Positions 15,896 to 22,362 of a DNA stretch of 28,005 bases are shown here, piece by piece. Each line of letters starts with the position of its first letter. Within the stretch, counting starts at the first letter, position 1. The translations under genes and the position numbers were made by a program. The notes beneath the pieces are model-generated. The model was not told the origin of the DNA. It saw only the letters and a list, made by a program, of their open reading frames with translations, and ran no database searches. Origin of the DNA: an uncultured archaeon (lineage in GTDB: Archaea > Iainarchaeota > Iainarchaeia > Iainarchaeales > CSSED10-239); assembly GCA_964591795.1 (NCBI GenBank), contig CAZQEL010000011.1, positions 1 through 28,005 on the forward strand, in the 5' to 3' direction.

Positions 15896-17410
15896 ATGAA
15901 TGAAAAAATTGAACTTTTAGGAATTGTTCTTTTAGCCTTTACTTTTGCAATCGGTGCTTTTTACATGATGCCAAAAGTAAATGCTCAAGATGTTCTCCTA
16001 TTTGATGGAAACGGATCAAATGGTAATACTGTATCTAATGATCACCCATATGGTAATGATGATTTAATTAATTGTCCTGCTGTATGTGTTCCTATGTGGA
16101 TTATACAAGGAAATGATTGTAAATTTATAGAATGTGGTAGTGGTTGTGGTGTTAATAATAAAAATTCTTTTGAAACAGAAGAAGAGTGTATTATATACAT
16201 TAAAGAAAAACCAATTAATAATCATCCTATACTACAAAATCAAAAAATAAGATTATTAGTAAAGTTTACTCCAGTAGAAAATCAAGTTTCAGAAATGATT
16301 AAAGAATCAATGAAAGTTTCTGATGATTCAGTTGAAATTGATAATGAATTAGATGCTGTGAAATTTGAAATTCCAACTGTAACAATATATGATATTTCAA
16401 AAATACATATAAGTATTGTTTCAAATATACCTTTAAATAATGACGGTTATAATTTGTCATTAAATATGATTGAAATGCCTTTAGGTAATTCTGAAAGTGA
16501 GTTACATAATCTTTACTTAAAATTAGATAATGTTGTTGGTGTTTCAGCAGGTTATACAAATCAAGAACGTGAATCTATTCAAAATAAATCTAATAACTTT
16601 GTAAGTAATTCAGTAGATATTAGTGAAGATAATGTTGAAGTTTATACCTCTATTAACTCAAACGCAGTTAATTCTAATAAACCAACTACTGAAAATGGAG
16701 CTGTTATAAATTCAACTTCTCAAGGTTCAGTAACTGTTTCTGATGATGTTGATGCTGATGAATACAGAAGAAAATTATATAGATATAATTATACTATTTC
16801 TCTTAAAAATAATTTAAATAAAATTAAATATGTTTTTGGAAAAAATTATAATGAAAAATCATATAATTTAGAGATTAATTTAGTTAAAAATGGGTCTTCT
16901 AGAGTAATTGTTAATGATGAAACTGCACCTCTAAAACCAGATGTTTTACCTGAAGTTTTATCTTCTAGAAAATTTATTTTAAACTTTGGATCTTTAAATG
17001 AAATTCCAAATTCATTTAATGATTCAATGCAAGAAAGGGTAAGAATTTCAAATAACTCTGTTGCTGCATCAATTTCTAATGAAATTAATAATATTAGAAA
17101 GAATTCAGTAAGTGTTAAATCATTTACAGATTCTGAAATAGTTATTGATGATAGTACTGATGAAATGTATGTTGTTACTGAAAATAAAGTTAAAAAAGTA
17201 ATATCTGTTAAAGAAATTTTATCTTCTAACAATATAAATTCTGAAAGTGTAATTGGAAACGTGGATTTAGTTTCAGTTGATGATAATCCAGAATATGCTT
17301 TCAAAATTAAAGAAAGAAGAAAAATACTTTGGATTATTCCTTTTGGATATAGAGAAAAATATATTTCATTAGATGCAACTGAACAAGTTCAAATAGATAG
17401 TGAAAATTAG
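15896..17410 (+). CDS. Secreted protein: signal peptide, small six-Cys module, long Asn/Ser-rich region
   Basis: SD aaaGGTGaaa lies upstream. The Sec-type signal is LLGIVLLAFTFAIGAFYMMPKVNA-QD. Cys spacing is C-x3-C-x10-C-x4-C-x3-C-x13-C (nt 16073-16189). I recognise no family for the remainder. Confidence 0.6.
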   Translation: MNEKIELLGIVLLAFTFAIGAFYMMPKVNAQDVLLFDGNGSNGNTVSNDHPYGNDDLINCPAVCVPMWIIQGNDCKFIECGSGCGVNNKNSFETEEECIIYIKEKPINNHPILQNQKIRLLVKFTPVENQVSEMIKESMKVSDDSVEIDNELDAVKFEIPTVTIYDISKIHISIVSNIPLNNDGYNLSLNMIEMPLGNSESELHNLYLKLDNVVGVSAGYTNQERESIQNKSNNFVSNSVDISEDNVEVYTSINSNAVNSNKPTTENGAVINSTSQGSVTVSDDVDADEYRRKLYRYNYTISLKNNLNKIKYVFGKNYNEKSYNLEINLVKNGSSRVIVNDETAPLKPDVLPEVLSSRKFILNFGSLNEIPNSFNDSMQERVRISNNSVAASISNEINNIRKNSVSVKSFTDSEIVIDDSTDEMYVVTENKVKKVISVKEILSSNNINSESVIGNVDLVSVDDNPEYAFKIKERRKILWIIPFGYREKYISLDATEQVQIDSEN

Positions 17411-17481
17411 TTTTTTCACTTTTTTTCTTTTTTTTTTATAAATAAAACTATTTAAATATTTTTGCTATCATAGGATAATAT

Positions 17482-18369
17482 ATGAATTTTAATAAATTTC
17501 TAATTTTTTTTATTATTATATTTATTTCATATAATATATCTGCTTTTAATGTTGAAAATATTAATACAAAAATAATTATTAGAGAAAATGGAACTTTACA
17601 AATATCAGATACAATTTTACTTACAAATGTGGAACCTTTAGAAAAAATAACTTTACTTATGGTTTCTGTTTATGATTTAATAATAGATAGTAATTTTAAA
17701 GATTTTAATTATAGTAATTCATTTAATTCTCTTACAATTAATATACCTGACTGTTGTATTTTGGATAATTCAGTATATTTAGATGTAATTTATTTAACTG
17801 ATGTTTATTCTTTTAAAAAAGAAGCTGTTTGGAGTATATCTTATTTACCTATATTTGGAGATGTTACTAATAATTTTAATTTAGTTTTTCCAAAAAATAC
17901 AAAATTAATTGATTTATCGGTAAATTTTAAGAATGTAAGTATTATTGATAATCAATTTGTAGTATCTTTAACTGATGTATCTAACTTTGACACTAATTAT
18001 TCTATTAATTATAAACTATTAAATAATTCTAATACTAAGAAAAGTTTATTTAATTTTATTTATATATTGATAATTATTTTAATTATTAGTTTTATGGTAT
18101 GTTATTTACTTAAGAAAAATAAATCTTTTGTTGTTATTAAAAAAAATAAAAATCTTCTTTTAGGTTTAAATGAAAATGAGCAAAAGATAATTAATTTACT
18201 TCTTTCTGAAAATAGACTTTCTCAGAAAAAAATTACTTTAAAATTATTTTTACCAAAAGGAACTATTTCTAGAAATATGAAAAAATTAGAACAAAAAGGA
18301 TATATTGAAATTAAAAAATATGGTGTTACAAATAAGGTATTTTTAGGTAAAGTATTTTCTAAAAAATAA
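17482..18369 (+). CDS. Membrane-anchored winged-helix (MarR/ArsR-like) transcription regulator with an extracytoplasmic N-terminal domain
   Basis: Signal peptide is FLIFFIIIFISYNISA-FN, followed by an extracytoplasmic domain of about 165 aa. A single TM helix is LFNFIYILIIILIISFMVCYLL (aa ~188-210). The C-terminal wHTH is LNENEQKIINLLLSENRLSQKKITLKLFLPKGTISRNMKKLEQKGYIEIKKYG. Confidence 0.65.
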   Translation: MNFNKFLIFFIIIFISYNISAFNVENINTKIIIRENGTLQISDTILLTNVEPLEKITLLMVSVYDLIIDSNFKDFNYSNSFNSLTINIPDCCILDNSVYLDVIYLTDVYSFKKEAVWSISYLPIFGDVTNNFNLVFPKNTKLIDLSVNFKNVSIIDNQFVVSLTDVSNFDTNYSINYKLLNNSNTKKSLFNFIYILIIILIISFMVCYLLKKNKSFVVIKKNKNLLLGLNENEQKIINLLLSENRLSQKKITLKLFLPKGTISRNMKKLEQKGYIEIKKYGVTNKVFLGKVFSKK

Positions 18370-18433
18370 AAGAAATACCTTTAAATACTTTTATAGCTAT
18401 TAATTATTTATAGCTAAAATTTAGTTATACTGT

Positions 18434-18516
18434 GCAGAGGTGGCAGAGTGGTCAAACGCGCTAGCCTGCTAAGCTAGAGTCTTACGACTACACGGGTTCG
18501 AATCCCGTTCTCTGCG
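18434..18516 (+). tRNA. tRNA-Ser (GCT)
   Basis: Acceptor gcagagg/tctctgc. Anticodon stem ctagc/gctag with loop ctGCTaa. It has a long variable arm. T arm acggg-ttcgaat-cccgt. Discriminator G, no encoded CCA. Confidence 0.92.
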
Positions 18517-18768
18517 CTTATTTTTTCTTTTTTTTAAAGTTAGTTTTAAAAAGAAATTTTTTATTTATGAAAAATATTTTAAGCAAATTAAAGCTTTTTT
18601 AAAAATTAAAAAATGCTATTTGTTTTAATTGATTTAAATAAAATTAAATAATTTTTTTAAATTGATTTTTTATTCTATTTTTAGGTTTTTACCTTATTAA
18701 AATATTCTATTTAAATATCTTTTCATATTATATATAATTAGTAAATTTATAATTTGAGGTGAAAATTA

Positions 18769-19662
18769 ATGAGTTTTAAAAATCAATTAACAAAGTTAAA
18801 GGATAACTGGTTATTAATTGTTTTAGTAATAGTTGTTCTTTTTATTGTAAGTGGTTTATTTAATGGTTCAGGTACAAGTTATGCTAAGGATTCATTACAA
18901 AATATTTCCTACAATAAATCTATGGGTATGTTTGATTCTTATGCTGGAGAAAGTTTGTATTCTAGTGGGGGTAGTAATTTTGCACCAGATGTTGAAGATA
19001 GAATGATTGTTAAAAGTGCACGGTTATCTGTTGAAGTAAAATATAAAACTTTTAAAAATGCTGAAGATAAATTGCACAATATAGTTTCATCAACAGACTC
19101 TTATTTTTTAAACGAAAATTCAAATTCAAAAAAATTAGGTAATAAAAGTATTTATTCTGGAAGTTATTCAATTAAAGTTGAATCTGATAAACTTGATTCT
19201 GTAATGTCTCAATTAAAAGAAATTGGACTTGTTACATCTGCAAATCTTGGACAAAATGATATTACTGGAACCTATGAAAATAAAGAAATTAATTTACAAC
19301 TTGAAAAAGATAGACTTTTAAAATATCAAGAAATATATGATAATTCTGCAGATATGAATGATAAATTAACTCTTACAGATAGAATGTTTAATCAAGAAAG
19401 AACAATTAAATATTTAGAAGATTCAATTAATAATATTGATCAAAGAGTTGAATATTCTACTATTAATTTAAGTATTTCTGAAAACTATAATTATTCAAAC
19501 GTAGTGTTTGTAAAATTATCTGATCTTGTAAGATCTCTTGTAAATAGTATTAATATTTTGCTTAAAATTATTTTTGTATTACTTCCATTTGCAATTGTTG
19601 GTTACTTAGGTTATTTGTTGTTTAGAAAGAAAAAAAGTAATGTTTTTATAAAGAAGAATTAA
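18769..19662 (+). CDS. DUF4349-like membrane protein (N- and C-terminal TM helices, coiled-coil ectodomain)
   Basis: SD tGAGGTGaaa lies upstream. The N-terminal TM helix is WLLIVLVIVVLFIV. The middle contains ARLSVEV ... DITGTYENKEINLQLEKDRLLKYQEIY ... IDQRVEYSTINLSISE. The C-terminal TM helix is IIFVLLPFAIVGYLGYLLF. This matches DUF4349 as I recall it. Confidence 0.6.
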   Translation: MSFKNQLTKLKDNWLLIVLVIVVLFIVSGLFNGSGTSYAKDSLQNISYNKSMGMFDSYAGESLYSSGGSNFAPDVEDRMIVKSARLSVEVKYKTFKNAEDKLHNIVSSTDSYFLNENSNSKKLGNKSIYSGSYSIKVESDKLDSVMSQLKEIGLVTSANLGQNDITGTYENKEINLQLEKDRLLKYQEIYDNSADMNDKLTLTDRMFNQERTIKYLEDSINNIDQRVEYSTINLSISENYNYSNVVFVKLSDLVRSLVNSINILLKIIFVLLPFAIVGYLGYLLFRKKKSNVFIKKN

Positions 19663-19718
19663 CTTCTTCTTTTTTTACTTCTTTTTAAAAACATATCTTT
19701 TCTTAATATATTTATAGA

Positions 19719-19800
19719 GCAGGGTTTCCCGAGTGGTCAAAGGGGATGGACTCAAAATCCATTGCTTAGTGCTTCGCAGGTTCGAATCCTGTACCCTGCA
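19719..19800 (+). tRNA. tRNA-Leu (CAA)
   Basis: Acceptor gcagggt/accctgc. Anticodon stem atgga/tccat with loop ctCAAaa. It has a long variable arm. T arm gcagg-ttcgaat-cctgt. Discriminator A, no encoded CCA. Confidence 0.92.
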
Positions 19801-19930
19801 TGTATATAATTTTTTAAATAATTTAAATATAATAATTTATTTTTATTAAATAAAAAGTGAATTATATTAATGTACTTTATATAAGTAAAAAATTTATAAT
19901 TGTTTAAATTAAAGAAAAAGAAATATTTAT

Positions 19931-20236
19931 TTAATTGTCTTTATTAAAATTATAATTTCCAGTTTTTTCAATTTTTATTGCTTTTCCGTTTATAAGGGCA
20001 TCTGCAATTTTTTTTCTAGCTTCAAGAATTAATCTATGAAAAGTTGGTTGAGATATTTTCATTTTTTCTGCACAGATTTTTTGTTCTAAACCTAAGTTAT
20101 CTTTTAATCTAATAGCTTCTAATTCAATTATACTTATAGATGATTCCTCAAGTTTATTTATGGGTATGCCTGCTGGTTTAAAATAAGTTATGTCTGGAAT
20201 GTTTCCAATTTGTCTAAATCTTCTTGGTCTTGGCAT
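19931..20236 (-). CDS. DUF134 (UPF0251) family putative DNA-binding protein
   Basis: MPRPRRFR...FKPAGIP...ELEAIRLKD..GLEQ...AEKM.ISQPTFHRL..EARKKIADAL..GKAI.I is the canonical DUF134 pattern. It combines a sigma-70 region 4-like HTH with the MPRPR N-terminus. Confidence 0.8.
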   Translation of the reverse strand: MPRPRRFRQIGNIPDITYFKPAGIPINKLEESSISIIELEAIRLKDNLGLEQKICAEKMKISQPTFHRLILEARKKIADALINGKAIKIEKTGNYNFNKDN

Positions 20237-20504
20237 ATTTAATCTTTTTAATGTTTATAATTTTTTTTTATATTGTTTAGGTTATCTATTACTTCTTTAA
20301 GTATTGTGTATTTGTTGATTTTTAATTTAATATTTTAATTATTTGGTTTACTGAAAACCCTTGTTTGTTATGATTTATTATATTTTAAAAAAAATTAATG
20401 ATTTTGTTTTTAAATCATATTTTGCAAAATAAGTATAATGATTACTTAATTTTGATTTTAAATTTTTGTTTTCTTTTAATGTAATTAATATATTTATATA
20501 AATA

Positions 20505-20544
20505 TATTAAAAAGAAAGAAATAAAAGAGCTATTGTGTAGCTCT
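20505..20544 (-). terminator. Hairpin overlapping the DUF5320 stop codon, followed by a T-rich tract on the minus strand
   Basis: agagcta (20526-20532) pairs with tagctct (20538-20544). The minus-strand downstream text is cttttatttctttcttttt. Confidence 0.4.
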
Positions 20545-20664
20545 TCTTCTTAATCCTAATCCTTTATTGCTGTTTTCTGTATTTCTATTAGGATTACATT
20601 TTCCTTGACCTCTTCCAGTCATAGGTCCTTTACCTTCAGGACCAGTTTTATCTTGTCTTGGCAT
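20530..20664 (-). CDS. DUF5320 family small protein (44 aa); not in the supplied ORF track
   Basis: The minus-strand translation is MPRQDKTGPEGKGPMTGRGQGKCNPNRNTENSNKGLGLRRRATQ*. The MPR-x-D-x-TGP-x-G-x-GPMTGRG-x-G-x-C signature is typical of DUF5320. SD aaaGGGGTGaaa lies 6 nt before the ATG. Confidence 0.7.
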   Translation of the reverse strand: MPRQDKTGPEGKGPMTGRGQGKCNPNRNTENSNKGLGLRRRATQ

Positions 20665-20686
20665 ATTTTTCACCCCTTTTTATTTA

Positions 20687-20750
20687 TGAATTTATATTCA
20701 TATAGTAATATTACTTCGAAATGTTTTTAAATGTATTGAATTTATATTCA
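20687..20750. promoter_or_regulatory. Two identical 14-bp palindromic sites TGAATTTATATTCA spaced exactly 50 bp apart (candidate operators)
   Basis: Copies lie at 20687-20700 and 20737-20750. Each is TGAAT-N4-ATTCA. They sit in the divergent region between the DUF5320 gene (ATG at 20664, minus strand) and the ORF starting at 20850. Confidence 0.4.
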
Positions 20751-20849
20751 AAACAACTATTTGTGAAATATAGTTGATTTTATAAACTCTTTTTTGTTTA
20801 TTATATTTAAATTAAAACAAAAGTTAATTAAATTAAGAAATGATAATAA

Positions 20850-21533
20850 ATGAAACCAAAAAATATACCTTTTAAAAAACCTGTTTTAAAACAAATAGAA
20901 GAACTTTATAAATTTGATAAAAAAGAATCAGCTTTTTTTAAATCAGTAAAAAGTGATGTTATAGTAAAAAAAATGATTTATAGATCTTTTAAAACTGTTA
21001 TTCATAATCCTAAAAAAACTAATAATGGTTTTGATATACACACTCATTATTATAAAACTCCTATTTTACCAAGTGTTATAGATATTTTTAAACCATATGG
21101 TTTAAAAAGAAAAAATAGTGATGTTATTGCTATTGTTTCTGATACAAAGGTTCAGGGCGCCATTGTTTTTAAAACTAATTATAAACTACTTGAAAAGAAA
21201 ATTAATAATTTAAGAGAAAGTGATGGTTTATTTAAAAAACTTTATTCAAAGATGTTTAATAAAAAAAGTGATCCTAGTTTTTTAGATTTTAAAGCTTTAA
21301 AAAAATATGTGAAATCTAGATCTATTTTAGAATTTAAACAAGCTTTAAAAACAAGGAAAATTGAAAAATATCTTGAAACTTATAACACAAATAAAAAGCA
21401 ACATGAACAACTAAATTCAATTTCAAATGCTATTATTTTAAACATTTATACAGAACTTGGTGTTAATATTAAGTTTATTGCAAACGAAGGATTTGTTTTT
21501 AAGAAAAATTTAATGTGTTTTAAGGAAAAATAA
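20850..21533 (+). CDS. Lysine-rich hypothetical protein with a JAMM/MPN-like H-x-H...S-x-x-D motif
   Basis: GFDIHTHYYKTPILPSVIDI (nt 21039-21083) reads H-x-H-x8-S-x2-D, with a candidate upstream Glu (KKESAFF). A downstream strand, DVIAIVSD..VQGAIVF, resembles the JAB core. Spacing is one residue longer than canonical, so the call is tentative. Confidence 0.3.
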   Translation: MKPKNIPFKKPVLKQIEELYKFDKKESAFFKSVKSDVIVKKMIYRSFKTVIHNPKKTNNGFDIHTHYYKTPILPSVIDIFKPYGLKRKNSDVIAIVSDTKVQGAIVFKTNYKLLEKKINNLRESDGLFKKLYSKMFNKKSDPSFLDFKALKKYVKSRSILEFKQALKTRKIEKYLETYNTNKKQHEQLNSISNAIILNIYTELGVNIKFIANEGFVFKKNLMCFKEK

Positions 21534-21616
21534 CCTTTATTTTATTTTTTGTTTTAAATATATATATTTATAAACTTATTTAACTTATATCTATTCTATT
21601 TAAGGAGTATTTATTT

Positions 21617-22336
21617 ATGATTAGAAAAATTAAATCAATAATTGAAGCAAGAAAACTAAAGGGTGTTAGTAATAAATCAGTGGGTAAAATAATTAAAAAA
21701 CCAATTAAAAAAGGGAAAACTTTTACTTCCATATACTCTACAAAAAGTGCTGAAAAGTTGCATTCGGAAAATCCTAAATTAGCCAATGCTATTAGTAAAA
21801 TATCTTCTCAATTAGGAAAATTAAACGGTAAACTTCCTTCTAAATTAATTATTGGTAATCTTAAATTAACTTTAATTAGTAAAAATAAAATTATGGCTCT
21901 TGGCGCTAAATCAACTTCAATTAAATATAGTTTAGAAGTTAATGGTAGAAGATATTTAATTAATTTAGAAAGTAATATGGTTACTGGTCTTAGAAATTAT
22001 ATTAAAAGTATAACTCAAGATAATGCTTTAAAAGAAACTTTAAAAGCAAATAATATTAATGTTGTTGAACCAATTTATAGAAAAGGAATTGCTTTTGTAG
22101 AAAATAGTAAAAAATCAAATCCAAATAGAGTAATTGAAGTTTATGATGTTTTTTTTAAATATAAAAATGTAGACAGAACTAATTTTAGTGATCATAAACT
22201 TAAATCTATTCAAAATGGTTTAAATAGAATTAATAATAATTTAATAAAGAAAAAAATACTTTCCACAAATGCTAAAATTGAACTTAAACACTTATTATTT
22301 TCACCAATTACAAAAAAATATTATATTCAGTTTTAA
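21617..22336 (+). CDS. Lysine-rich hypothetical protein, no recognisable family
   Basis: SD ttAAGGAGta lies 8 nt upstream. It is a 239-codon ORF in DNA where stop codons are frequent, and it is co-oriented with 20850..21533. Confidence 0.5.
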   Translation: MIRKIKSIIEARKLKGVSNKSVGKIIKKPIKKGKTFTSIYSTKSAEKLHSENPKLANAISKISSQLGKLNGKLPSKLIIGNLKLTLISKNKIMALGAKSTSIKYSLEVNGRRYLINLESNMVTGLRNYIKSITQDNALKETLKANNINVVEPIYRKGIAFVENSKKSNPNRVIEVYDVFFKYKNVDRTNFSDHKLKSIQNGLNRINNNLIKKKILSTNAKIELKHLLFSPITKKYYIQF

Positions 22337-22362
22337 TAAAAATAAAAAAAGAAAAAAAAATA

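Noticed and set aside
16073-16189. Kunitz/BPTI protease-inhibitor domain in the secreted protein.
   Set aside because: Only the local string GC-G-x-N-N-x-N-x-F-x-T-x-E-E-C resembles Kunitz. The spacing C-x3-C-x10-C-x4-C-x3-C-x13-C does not match the Kunitz six-Cys pattern. The PROSITE-style G-C-x6-[FY]-x5-C pattern is off by one residue, and the final Cys is missing. It is kept only as a remark.
20399-20427. Inverted repeat atgattt-N7-aaatcat in the DUF5320/DUF134 spacer.
   Set aside because: It is a 7-bp, all-AT-rich stem in AT-rich DNA, which is expected by chance. It has no second copy and no positional logic.
19801-22362. Integrated mobile element or provirus next to tRNA-Leu.
   Set aside because: I found no integrase, transposase or capsid-like ORF and no direct repeat of the tRNA 3' end in the window. 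The content is merely poorly characterised genes.
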